The notes under the pieces were generated by a model. That model saw nothing but the letters and a program-made list of their open reading frames with translations, searched no databases and was not told where the DNA came from. DNA of 64,000 bases from Negativicutes bacterium (GTDB lineage Bacteria; Bacillota; Negativicutes; UBA1444). Positions 1-8,823 of the stretch are shown here, in pieces. The position numbers and the translations under genes are program-made. Position 1 is the stretch's first letter. The number at the start of each line of letters is the position of its first letter. The stretch lies in NCBI GenBank assembly GCA_963665275.2, contig CAXXIN010000001.1, positions 115,580 to 179,579 of the forward strand. The letters are read 5' to 3'.

Positions 1-1
1 G

Positions 2-208
2 AAGAAAATCTTTGAAACTTTTGTGTCAACCAAACCTCAGAGTGAAAACCTGGGGTTGGGCTTGGCTATTGTTAACAACATCGTTCATTCTTATTTTGGG
101 ACTATACAGGTGTCTTCCAACGAGCGGGCAGGCGCCACCTTTACCGTATCATTACCGGTTGTGCAGAATGTGGAAGAGGAGGCGGGTAATGAAAATGTTG
201 CCGATTGA
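2..208 (+). CDS. Sensor histidine kinase, C-terminal HATPase_c fragment (5'-truncated by the window edge)
   Basis: Frame 2 reads KKIFETFVSTKPQSENLGLGLAIVNNIVHSYFGTIQVSSNERAGATFTVSLP, with F-box and G2-box motifs. It resembles the C-terminus of the kinase at 57239-59635. Confidence 0.85.
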   Translation, partial: KKIFETFVSTKPQSENLGLGLAIVNNIVHSYFGTIQVSSNERAGATFTVSLPVVQNVEEEAGNENVAD

Positions 209-248
209 TGGTGAACACCATAGCCGGCAGGAGCGTTATGGTTTCTAA
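189..248 (+). pseudogene. Relic of a response-regulator N-terminus
   Basis: RBS GAGGAGG followed by ATG overlapping the kinase 3' end. MKMLPIDGEHHSRQ resembles MYILLVDDDENSRQ (55770-57239), then a stop after 19 codons. Confidence 0.45.
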
Positions 249-292
249 AGCACAGAACAAGGAAGTGAAAAAATGGGAGAGCGAACTGGGTA

Positions 293-338
293 CAAAAACT
301 TCCCACAAAAACTTCCCATGTGGGAAGTTTTTGTGGGA
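293..338. repeat. Palindromic array of 13-bp CAAAAACTTCCCA units (copy 1), putative enhancer-binding-protein site
   Basis: CAAAAACTTCCCA x2, TG, TGGGAAGTTTTTG, then a partial TGGGA. Near-identical to 5032-5089 and about 160 bp upstream of a sigma54 box. Confidence 0.8.
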
Positions 339-477
339 TTTTCCGCTTGTGTTTTTTTCTGACGCCACTAAAAAACGAAATTTATATAATATCTACTTTG
401 GCTATATTGGTGAAATTACAAGGATGCCGTGGTTTTTCAAAGCAATAAGGAAAGTGGTAAGCAAAAAAGCATGTTTG

Positions 478-493
478 TTGGCATGCTTTTTGC
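478..493 (+). promoter_or_regulatory. sigma54 (-24/-12) promoter of the sulfatase operon
   Basis: TTGGCATGCTTTTTGC matches TGGCAC-N5-TTGC with correct GG-N10-GC spacing. Confidence 0.8.
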
Positions 494-591
494 TTATTAA
501 CATACATTGGCATGAATAATTGGGTATTCGAGTATAAGATTGGCTGCATTTCAAGCAGTCGATTTTAAATAGAAAGAAAGGGGAATGTAGA

Positions 592-3012
592 ATGCTGAAA
601 CGACACTTGGCTACCGCCACCGCCTTTTCACTGGGCCTCAATGCCCTAATGGCGCCGATCGCGTTTGCGGAAAACATCCTGCCACATCCGCCGCCCGTTT
701 TCAAGGGTAAGATTGAATTGCGAGCCAAAGATTCGACCCCGGATTTCCCCAAACCACTGACGGCAAAACCTGGGTCCCCTAATGTTCTGATGATCCTGAT
801 CGATGACGAGGGTTTTGGAGCTTCCAGCGCCTTCGGCGGACCGGTATCGACCCCCAATCTGGATAAGTTAAAGGCGGAGGGAGTGGCATACAACCAGTTT
901 CACACGACGGCCCTGTCCTCTCCAACCCGCGCGGCGTTGATCACCGGCCGCAACCATCATTCGGTCCATACCGGCGTTATTACAGAAGCCGCCACAGGCT
1001 TCCCCGGTTATGACACGTTGATGAACTTCGAGACGGCGACCATCGGTGAAATCCTCAAGGACAACGGCTATTCCACCGCCTGGTTCGGCAAGAACCACAA
1101 CGTCCCGGACTGGCAGACCAGCCAGGCCGGCCCGTTCGACCTGTGGCCGACCTCTCTCGGTTTCGAACATTTCTACGGCTTCCTCGGCGGAGAAACCAAC
1201 CAGTGGACGCCGATCCTGTTCAACGGCACCGTTCCCATCGAGCCTTACATGGGTAATCCGGACTATCACCTGACGACCGATCTGGCCGACCAGGCGATCG
1301 CCCATATCCAGCTGCAACAAGCCCTGGATCCCAGCAAACCGTTCCTAGTCTATTTTGCACCCGGTGCAACTCATGCGCCGCACCATGCCCCGCCTGAATG
1401 GATTGCCAAGTTCAAGGGGCAGTTCGATCATGGCTGGGACAAGCAGCGCGAGATCACCTTCGTCAAACAGAAAGAAATGGGCATTATCCCGGCCGACGCT
1501 GTGCTGACCCCGCGGCCGAGCCAGATTCAGGCCTGGGATAGCGCCACCCCGGAACAGCAAAAAATGTACGCCCACATGATGGAAGTATATGCTGGATTCC
1601 TCGCCCATACCGATTACAATGTCGGCCGCGTCCTTGACCAGCTGGAAAAATCAGGCGTCAAGGACAATACCTTGGTCATCCACATCAGCGGCGACAATGG
1701 CGCCAGTGGAGAGGGCACGTTGCAGGGCTCCTTCAACGAAGCCAACTTCTTCAACGGCATTCCGGAACCTCAAGCGCTTTTAGAGAAATATATCGATCGT
1801 TGGGGCAGCAATTACACGTATCCGCACTACCCGGTAGGCTGGGCCTGGGCGATGGATACCCCGTTCCAGTGGGTGAAGCAGGTCGCCTCCCACTACGGTG
1901 GCACCCGCAACGGCCTCGTTATCTCCTGGCCAGCCAAAATCAAGGATGTCGGAACTATTCGCTCACAGTGGCACCATGTCATCGATATCGTGCCGACGAT
2001 CCTCGAAGCCGCCGGCATCCCGCAGCCGGACATCGTGAATGGCGTTAAGCAGAAACCCATCGAGGGCGTCAGCATGGTTTATACGTTCAATGACGCCAAA
2101 GCGCTGAGCCGCCACACTACCCAATATTTTGAGATGCTAGGCAATCGCGGCATTTATCACGAAGGCTGGGTCGCCTGTACCACGCCGGCTTCGCTTCCGT
2201 GGGAAATCGGTTCATCCAAGACCGATCCAGAAGTAATCTCCGGGTACAAGTGGGAGCTATACCATGTGGACATGGATTTCTCCGAAGCGGTGAACATGGC
2301 GGACAAGTATCCTGAGAAACTGAAAGAGTTGCAGAACCTTTTCTACGCCGAAGCTAAGAAATACAACGTCCTGCCGATGGATAACAGCAAGTTCGCGCGC
2401 CTTAACCCGATGATAAGACCGAGCCTGACCCGGGGGCGTGACACGTTCACGTACTATGCCGGCATGAACAGGATCCCGAACGGAGCATCGCCTGATGTGT
2501 TAAATCGTTCCTTCTCTATCACTGCTGACGTGGTGATTCCGCAGAACGGCGGCAATGGAATGCTCATCACTCAAGGCGGCCGGTTCGGTGGCTATGGACT
2601 CTACATGCTGAACGGAAAACTCGTGTACACGTTCAACATGGACGGAATCTACAGCGCTGACATCGTTTCCACTGACAACGTGCCAGCCGGACGGCACACA
2701 GTCACCATGGACTTCAAATACAACGGCGGAGGCATCGCCAAGGGCGGCACAGCCACACTGTTGGTCGACGGTGCGCAGGTCGGGCAGGGAATCGTTGCCC
2801 TCACCACCCCGGTGACCATCGCGCTCGACTCCACCCTGGATATCGGTATGGACACCGGCACGGGAATCAGCGAGACGTACACAGTTCCGTTCCGTTTTAA
2901 CGGGACGCTTGAACAGGTTACGATCAAACTTCAACCCATTGATCCGGTCGCCGAAGAAGAACTCGGAATCGTCAAACCAGCAGCAGAAATGAAAAAAAAG
3001 ATCAGTGACTGA
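592..3012 (+). CDS. Exported arylsulfatase, Ser-type formylglycine motif, with C-terminal beta-sandwich (LamG-like) extension
   Basis: Signal peptide ending AFA, NVLMILIDD, TALSSPTRAALITGR (S-x-P-x-R), GKNH and SGDNG sulfatase motifs. Confidence 0.93.
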   Translation: MLKRHLATATAFSLGLNALMAPIAFAENILPHPPPVFKGKIELRAKDSTPDFPKPLTAKPGSPNVLMILIDDEGFGASSAFGGPVSTPNLDKLKAEGVAYNQFHTTALSSPTRAALITGRNHHSVHTGVITEAATGFPGYDTLMNFETATIGEILKDNGYSTAWFGKNHNVPDWQTSQAGPFDLWPTSLGFEHFYGFLGGETNQWTPILFNGTVPIEPYMGNPDYHLTTDLADQAIAHIQLQQALDPSKPFLVYFAPGATHAPHHAPPEWIAKFKGQFDHGWDKQREITFVKQKEMGIIPADAVLTPRPSQIQAWDSATPEQQKMYAHMMEVYAGFLAHTDYNVGRVLDQLEKSGVKDNTLVIHISGDNGASGEGTLQGSFNEANFFNGIPEPQALLEKYIDRWGSNYTYPHYPVGWAWAMDTPFQWVKQVASHYGGTRNGLVISWPAKIKDVGTIRSQWHHVIDIVPTILEAAGIPQPDIVNGVKQKPIEGVSMVYTFNDAKALSRHTTQYFEMLGNRGIYHEGWVACTTPASLPWEIGSSKTDPEVISGYKWELYHVDMDFSEAVNMADKYPEKLKELQNLFYAEAKKYNVLPMDNSKFARLNPMIRPSLTRGRDTFTYYAGMNRIPNGASPDVLNRSFSITADVVIPQNGGNGMLITQGGRFGGYGLYMLNGKLVYTFNMDGIYSADIVSTDNVPAGRHTVTMDFKYNGGGIAKGGTATLLVDGAQVGQGIVALTTPVTIALDSTLDIGMDTGTGISETYTVPFRFNGTLEQVTIKLQPIDPVAEEELGIVKPAAEMKKKISD

Positions 3013-3044
3013 TCGAAACTGCAGCCTGAAGAAGCTCCTTATGT

Positions 3045-3085
3045 AGTTAGTGCCCGCCCCGCTGGCTTCGGGGCGGGCACTAACT
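3045..3085. terminator. Strong GC-rich hairpin after the sulfatase (terminator or mRNA stabiliser)
   Basis: AGTTAGTGCCCGCCCCG / CGGGGCGGGCACTAACT 17-bp perfect stem with no long U-tract. Confidence 0.65.
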
Positions 3086-3191
3086 CTTCATCCGTGCAGT
3101 CGAGCGCATTGCGTCCGGAAGGAAAAGCGTTCCTGATTAGCGAAGATAGGCAATGGGAAACAAATCGCAAAGCGGAAAGAACGGTGAAATA

Positions 3192-3635
3192 ATGAGAAGT
3201 TTCTCACGTATAAAATTCGGACTATGCATGGGATTGTTGTTGATGCTGGCGCTCTGTGTGATGCAGGTGGCCTATGCTGAGGCGCCAAACGTCTGGATGG
3301 TTGTGGAGAAAGACGCCGGGCAGACAGTTCTGGTCGACCGAGCTAACGTCAAAGACCTCGGGGAGGGAATCCGGCAGGCATGGGTCCAGTTCGTTTACGC
3401 GAAAAGGACTTCGGAAGGGGCCACATCGAGCATAGGACTGTTTCATTTTGTCAGAAACCCGGACCGGTTGCGCAACGTTCAAGATGCGTTATTCGATGCG
3501 GCCGGCAATACTATCTATGTCCGCCGGCCGGAAAAAATTGAGGATTGGAGCCCGATCCCGCCTGATTCCACAGGCCTGGCAGTGATCAACTACGTTTATT
3601 CCGTTCAACCCGCCGACGCCGCCGATGGGAAGTAA
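3192..3635 (+). CDS. Hypothetical exported protein (possibly surface-adhesin-E-like fold)
   Basis: Signal peptide ending AYA. Pattern W..V.....VLVDR....AWV...WSPIPPDS. Start chosen from RBS position. Confidence 0.6.
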   Translation: MRSFSRIKFGLCMGLLLMLALCVMQVAYAEAPNVWMVVEKDAGQTVLVDRANVKDLGEGIRQAWVQFVYAKRTSEGATSSIGLFHFVRNPDRLRNVQDALFDAAGNTIYVRRPEKIEDWSPIPPDSTGLAVINYVYSVQPADAADGK

Positions 3636-3642
3636 TCGAACG

Positions 3643-5004
3643 ATGTTCGCGCAGAAACCTCAGGTGCTGAACCTGCTGGTCAAACCGGTCGGTTCCGATT
3701 GCAATTTAAACTGCACCTACTGCTACTATCTTGAAAAAGAAAAACTCTATCCGGCGAAGGGCGGTCGGGTTATGAGCGACGCATTGCTGGAAAAATACAT
3801 CCGGGAGTTCTTCGCATCCCAGGATTCCTCCGTCGTCCGTTTCGACTGGCACGGTGGCGAGCCAACGTTACTCGACACCGACACATTCCGCAAGATCGTG
3901 CGTTGGCAAAAGCAGTACGCTGGAGGGCGGCAGGTGGTTAACTCTTTGCAGACCAACGGTACGTTGCTGACACATGAATGGGCCAATTTTTTTCACGAGC
4001 ATGGGTTTCTGATCGGCATTTCAATCGACGGGCCGAGGCACATTCATGACCGGTATCGACGGGACAAGGCTGGTGAACCAACCTTTGACCGGGTGATGCA
4101 GGGCATTGAGCTTTTAAAGCAGCATGGAGTCGAATTCAATACCCTGTCTGTAGTCAATGACTACGGAGCGGAATATGGGGTAGAAGTATATCAGTTTCTG
4201 AAAAGCATTGGCAGCCGCTATATGCAGTTTTCGCCGGTTGTCGAGCGGATTGACCGCGAAGCAGGACCAGGAGAATTGCGGTTGGTCGCGCCTGAGGTGG
4301 ATGGCGCCATGCTGGCTCCATGGTCAGTCGCCGCCGAAGCGTACGGGCGTTTTCTGTGCGCAATTTTCGATGAATGGGTCCAAAATGATGTTGGTTATTG
4401 CTATGTCATCACATTCGATGCAGTGCTGGCCAAATGGTGTGGGGTTGAGCCGCCCAATTGCGCGTTCGCCGACGTCTGCGGCGGTGGACCGGCTATGGAA
4501 GCCAACGGCGACATCTACATGTGCGATCATTTCGTTTATCCGGATCACCTGCTGGGGAATTTGAACGATGCCAGTATTCTCGATATGCTGGTATCGGAAC
4601 GACAACTCCGTTTCGGGCAAAACAAACAGGACTCGCTACCCAAGTATTGCCGCCGCTGTGAATATGTTTCGATCTGTGCCGGCGAGTGCCCCAAACATCG
4701 GATATCCACAACTCCCGACGGAGAAACCGGACTGAACTATCTGTGCCCAGGCTTGAAGCTGTTCTATGAACATGCCGCTCCGTATATGGATTTCATGAAA
4801 CAACAATACGATGCCGGTGGTGCACCCGCCAGTGTAATGGCGTGGGCACGCCGCCTTCTCAAACCCATTGTGCCTAACTCGGTTGCCGCAATTGACTTTT
4901 CTGCCATTGGCCCATACGATCCCTGCCCCTGCGGCAGCGGGAAAAAGTATAAATTCTGCTGTCTGCCCGAAAATCGGCACACTTGCCGTACGACCAAACA
5001 CTGA
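3643..5004 (+). CDS. Anaerobic sulfatase-maturating radical SAM/SPASM enzyme (anSME) with C-terminal SEC-C motif
   Basis: KPVGSDCNLNCTYCYY (CxxxCxxC), WHGGEP, SPASM cysteines (CDHFV, CRRCEYVSICAGEC) and PCPCGSGKKYKFCC. Confidence 0.93.
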   Translation: MFAQKPQVLNLLVKPVGSDCNLNCTYCYYLEKEKLYPAKGGRVMSDALLEKYIREFFASQDSSVVRFDWHGGEPTLLDTDTFRKIVRWQKQYAGGRQVVNSLQTNGTLLTHEWANFFHEHGFLIGISIDGPRHIHDRYRRDKAGEPTFDRVMQGIELLKQHGVEFNTLSVVNDYGAEYGVEVYQFLKSIGSRYMQFSPVVERIDREAGPGELRLVAPEVDGAMLAPWSVAAEAYGRFLCAIFDEWVQNDVGYCYVITFDAVLAKWCGVEPPNCAFADVCGGGPAMEANGDIYMCDHFVYPDHLLGNLNDASILDMLVSERQLRFGQNKQDSLPKYCRRCEYVSICAGECPKHRISTTPDGETGLNYLCPGLKLFYEHAAPYMDFMKQQYDAGGAPASVMAWARRLLKPIVPNSVAAIDFSAIGPYDPCPCGSGKKYKFCCLPENRHTCRTTKH

Positions 5005-5031
5005 GATCCTGCTTTTATCTCTAAACAGATC

Positions 5032-5089
5032 AACAAAAACTTCCCACAAAAACTTCCCGTATGGGAAGTTTTTGTGGGAAGTTTTTGTT
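5032..5089. repeat. Palindromic array of 13-bp units (copy 2), putative enhancer site, possibly also a terminator
   Basis: AACAAAAACTTCCCACAAAAACTTCCC-GTAT-GGGAAGTTTTTGTGGGAAGTTTTTGTT is a perfect inverted repeat around a 4-nt centre. Confidence 0.85.
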
Positions 5090-5220
5090 TGTTTCATTGC
5101 CGGACGAAGACGAACCCAAAGTTCACCAACGCCTACTTAATAGATTATTGTAGCGGAATATATAGATTTTCAGCGCTATATCAAAGCAGAAAACAAATAC
5201 ATAGTGAACAGCGTGTTCGG

Positions 5221-5237
5221 TTGGCATGCTTTTTGCA
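5221..5237 (+). promoter_or_regulatory. sigma54 promoter of the receiver/FadL operon
   Basis: TTGGCATGCTTTTTGCA, identical core to 478-493. Confidence 0.8.
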
Positions 5238-5275
5238 ATGTTAACTTAATATTGGCGTGAAAGGTTGGGCACGGC

Positions 5276-5677
5276 GTGAAAATATTGTTGGTTGATGATG
5301 ATGCCGGTTCCCTGCGGGGAATGCAATTGGCGCTTACAATGTTGAAACATGATTGCGACGCCTACAGTGATCCTGTTGAAGCCGTTGCAAATTATCCCTG
5401 CTATGAATATGACCTGGTCATTACTGATATTTGTATGCCGGTAATGAATGGCTTTGCCCTGGCAGAACAGATAAGGGGCGTTGCTTCTACATCTAAAATC
5501 ATCTTCATATCGGGATATGCAGCAGAAATGATGGAAAAACAAGAGGCAGGTGAAGGCGGGATATTTCTACAAAAACCGGTTGAATTTTGCCAATTAAAAG
5601 AAGTTCTCGACAATGTTTTTGCCGAGAGCGAATTGAAAAAGGGAACAAACCTGATATCTGACAGCGATAGTAGATAA
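5276..5677 (+). CDS. Stand-alone response-regulator receiver protein
   Basis: KILLVDDD, DLVITDICMPVMNG (phospho-Asp), ISG and LQKP. No output domain. Confidence 0.9.
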   Translation: MKILLVDDDAGSLRGMQLALTMLKHDCDAYSDPVEAVANYPCYEYDLVITDICMPVMNGFALAEQIRGVASTSKIIFISGYAAEMMEKQEAGEGGIFLQKPVEFCQLKEVLDNVFAESELKKGTNLISDSDSR

Positions 5678-5698
5678 ATAGAGAAAGGAGAAGCGATC

Positions 5699-6985
5699 AT
5701 GAAATTGAAAAAGGACCCATTGAAAAACACCGCAGGACTCATCGCACTACTTATTTGCACGCTAGTTTTCGTTCCTGCACAGGCAAGCGGCATCCTCATG
5801 TACGAGATGGGAACACCAGGCGTGGGACTCGGGAGCGCTGGTTATGCAGCGGGTGCATCGGATGCATCAACAGTTTATTACAATCCTGCCGGAATGATGC
5901 GCCTGGGGAAATCGGAATACCTGATCGGAGCCCAGGCCTTGTCGGCCTCCATGAAATTCCAGCCGGCCGCCGGCAGTGCAGCTGCGGGGAGTGGCGGAGA
6001 ATATCCCCTTGGCTGGCTTCCAGGCGGCAGCTATTTTTATGTAGGTTCAACCAGCTCCAATACGAAAGTCGGCTTTGGCGTCTTCAACAATTTCGGGGCG
6101 GTCGCGAACTATCAGAAGGATTCGGCGGAGCGTTACGCTCTGATGGAGGGCGCGTTGGTTGGCATCACCTTTATGCCGGCCATCGCCCATCGCTTCAGTG
6201 ACCAGTGGTCCGTGGGCGCCGCACTGAACGCGACCAATGGAATACTGCGCAAAAAGTCGGCCCTCAGCAATGGAGAACGGGACACCGACGGCACTATGGA
6301 AATGAATGACAATAAATGGGGTTTCGGCGGGAATCTTGGCTTCCTGTACGAACCGAACAAACAAACTCGGATCGGTTTGACCTATAATTCAGCAGTCAAT
6401 TTTAATTTCTCGACCACGCCTTCCTATTCAAACCTCGGGACAGGGCTGGAAGACCTTCTCCGTCGTTCTGGATTACTGGACCGGTCTATCGACCAGTCGG
6501 TGAAGATTCCCCAGCAGGTGATGCTCGGATTTTCCCGGGATCTGGATTCCCGCTGGACCTTGCTGGGTGATGTGGGCTGGCAGAATTGGGCTAATTTTGG
6601 CTACAAGGAAGTCACGGTCAATCCCAACCGTTTGCTTATTTCCGATCCGACTACGCTGACCCGGGAGCTGAAGGGACAGGATACCTGGCACGCGGCGCTC
6701 GGTGCGAAGTACAAAGCTTCCCCGAAGTGGACCCTGACCTTCGGCGTCGGTTATGATACCAGCGCATTCGACGATGCCAACCGCCCGGCGCTGATGCCGA
6801 TCGGTGCTTCCTGGCGGGTCGGCGTGGGCGCGAGCACCGCGATCAATCCCACGAGCACGCTCAACTTCGGCTATGAGGCTCTCTTCACTGGAGATCTGCA
6901 ACTGCAACAGCAGGGCGTCACCTCCGGCAGCTACGCGCAAGGTGTAATGCACTTCTTTACAGTCAACTATCAGCGCAAGTTCTAA
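5699..6985 (+). CDS. OmpP1/FadL family outer-membrane transporter
   Basis: Signal peptide, AG.A...DASTVYYNPAGM hatch motif, amphipathic beta strands and terminal Phe (YQRKF). Confidence 0.9.
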   Translation: MKLKKDPLKNTAGLIALLICTLVFVPAQASGILMYEMGTPGVGLGSAGYAAGASDASTVYYNPAGMMRLGKSEYLIGAQALSASMKFQPAAGSAAAGSGGEYPLGWLPGGSYFYVGSTSSNTKVGFGVFNNFGAVANYQKDSAERYALMEGALVGITFMPAIAHRFSDQWSVGAALNATNGILRKKSALSNGERDTDGTMEMNDNKWGFGGNLGFLYEPNKQTRIGLTYNSAVNFNFSTTPSYSNLGTGLEDLLRRSGLLDRSIDQSVKIPQQVMLGFSRDLDSRWTLLGDVGWQNWANFGYKEVTVNPNRLLISDPTTLTRELKGQDTWHAALGAKYKASPKWTLTFGVGYDTSAFDDANRPALMPIGASWRVGVGASTAINPTSTLNFGYEALFTGDLQLQQQGVTSGSYAQGVMHFFTVNYQRKF

Positions 6986-7029
6986 CAACTATATCCACCG
7001 AGAAATAAAAAAATAAAGGGGTAGAAAAA

Positions 7030-7668
7030 ATGAACAAACACGTTAAGTCTGGTATTGTCCTGATGGTAGCGGCGCTGCTGCTATGTACCCTGGTTCCCGC
7101 AATGGCTGCGGCGCCGGAAAGTCTCCCATCCGCGGATGGGATCGTAGCGAGTGAAGCCGCTGAAATGCAGTTCACCGTAGTATCCGTGGGCGTGGTTGAA
7201 CGACCAGCCGACCCGGCGATGATGGACGGATCGGCGGGAATGACCAGAAGTACGCGCGAAGTGGTTTTGGAAGATAAAGACGGTAATAAGAAAACGATTA
7301 CACTCGGTAAAGAAGTGAAAAATTTTGATCAGATCAAAAAAGGCGATATTGTTACCATCGCCCTGAAGTCCCAAGTTGCTGTTTTCATCGGGAAAATGGG
7401 TCTGGTTCCAGGCGCTGGTCAGTCCAAAATGGTTTTTTCAGCACCGAAGGGGATGAAACCAGGTGCATTGGAAGTAGAGAAACAGTTTATTACCCTGACG
7501 ATCACCAACCTTGACGCAGACAAGAAAGAAGTGACTGTGCGCATGCCTGATAACTCCATCAAGAAGATCAACACACCGAATTTGAATTTTGCGGCAGTCA
7601 AAGTCGGCGATGAAGTGATCGTAGGTGTAATGAATGAAACGAGCATTCAAGTAACTGCTCCACAATGA
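7030..7668 (+). CDS. Hypothetical exported protein with two internal OB-fold-like repeats
   Basis: Signal peptide ending AMA. REVVLEDKDG...NFDQIKKGDIV and KEVTVRMPDN...NFAAVKVGDEV are similar halves. Confidence 0.7.
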   Translation: MNKHVKSGIVLMVAALLLCTLVPAMAAAPESLPSADGIVASEAAEMQFTVVSVGVVERPADPAMMDGSAGMTRSTREVVLEDKDGNKKTITLGKEVKNFDQIKKGDIVTIALKSQVAVFIGKMGLVPGAGQSKMVFSAPKGMKPGALEVEKQFITLTITNLDADKKEVTVRMPDNSIKKINTPNLNFAAVKVGDEVIVGVMNETSIQVTAPQ

Positions 7669-7771
7669 AATAGCTGGTCAAAAATTCCAGAAAGCAGGAA
7701 TATGGTCGCAGCGATGTAGAAAATATATGTGCGGACTTAATGATTCGTAAAAATAGTGTGGAGGGATTCAA

Positions 7772-8296
7772 TTGAAACTAGTTGTCATGAGAAGTGTCGC
7801 GTTCCTTTTTGCCTTCGTATTGTTGCTGTCCTCAACCGGATTTTGCGCGCCCCAATCCTTGATGAGTGAGCAGGACAAGCAGACGATCCTGCAACAATCC
7901 GCCGTTCAACCGCCAGAAAACGCCAAAGTGAGCGACGTATGGCTGGAACCGTCCGACATGGCATTGGAAACGAGAACTGTTCAGGCCTCTATCGGTGAAT
8001 ACCTCCGCATCGTGTTGGTAAGCCCGCCAAATAAAAATAGAGAATGGCAATATGTTGACGATAAGCCGCGCTTTCTTGAAAAATTGCACTCGCAACAGCT
8101 TGAATTTTCTCCCAATAGGTCAGCTGCTGAGCAGCAAACCGTAAGTTTGTTCCTATTCAAGGTTCGAAACAATGCAGCTGGCGATGACCGTTTGACATTT
8201 GTGCAGTATCAGATGTCAGAGGGGGAAAAAACGGCTGTAAGCATGCTGGACATCGGAGTAAGGTATTTTAACCCGGAGCTTCAGAAAAAACTTTAA
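7772..8296 (+). CDS. Hypothetical exported protein, possibly chagasin/I42-like
   Basis: Signal peptide. GEYLRIVL.S.P....WQ and FLFKV...AG...LTFVQ resemble the I42 pattern. RBS GGAGG before TTG. Confidence 0.5.
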   Translation: MKLVVMRSVAFLFAFVLLLSSTGFCAPQSLMSEQDKQTILQQSAVQPPENAKVSDVWLEPSDMALETRTVQASIGEYLRIVLVSPPNKNREWQYVDDKPRFLEKLHSQQLEFSPNRSAAEQQTVSLFLFKVRNNAAGDDRLTFVQYQMSEGEKTAVSMLDIGVRYFNPELQKKL

Positions 8297-8432
8297 TTAC
8301 GTGACAACTCAGTAATTTGGGAACCAAGGAGATAGTGAAGAAACCTGACCCCGAAACCATTACAGGCTGTTTCAAGCTGCGGCAAGAAATAAAACAAATG
8401 GATTCCGAAAACGCGAAAAGAGGCGAAGGCGT

Positions 8433-8819
8433 ATGGAGGAATTATTTAACTGGCTGGTTGAGCGGGTGATAGGGCGTGTCGACGGACCGTTCAATTTCAG
8501 GTTTTATTTGCAACCCTTCATGGCGATCATTCTTGCGGTTCGGGATGGAGGAGCCGATGCGAAAGCAGGGCGAGTGCCTTTTTTTTGGGCGCTGTTCACA
8601 GAGCCTGAAAATCGCGGGAAACGAATCAGGGAAGGCTGGAAATCGGTACACAGAGTTTTTTGGTTCGCCATTGCAATCGATTTGGCCTATCAATTCATGG
8701 AAATGCCGCAGATCCGGCCGCTAGGGGCAATCCTCGTTGCCATCTTCCTGTCTATCATCCCGTATCTGCTGATTCGGGGACCAGTCAATAGGATCCTGAC
8801 GGCTGTCAATAGGAGGTAG
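8433..8819 (+). CDS. Small hypothetical membrane protein
   Basis: Three hydrophobic segments, GRVDGPFNFRFYLQP motif, translationally close to the next gene. Confidence 0.7.
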   Translation: MEELFNWLVERVIGRVDGPFNFRFYLQPFMAIILAVRDGGADAKAGRVPFFWALFTEPENRGKRIREGWKSVHRVFWFAIAIDLAYQFMEMPQIRPLGAILVAIFLSIIPYLLIRGPVNRILTAVNRR

Positions 8820-8823
8820 AAGA

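Noticed and set aside
507-523. TTGGCATGAATAATTGG as a second sigma54 promoter
   Set aside because: It lacks the -12 GC at the required spacing.
293-5089. The two 13-bp-unit palindromes as a CRISPR array or as transposon ends flanking the sulfatase operon
   Set aside because: Only two copies 4.7 kb apart, with no spacers, cas genes, transposase or target duplication seen. The fixed distance to sigma54 boxes fits a regulatory role better.
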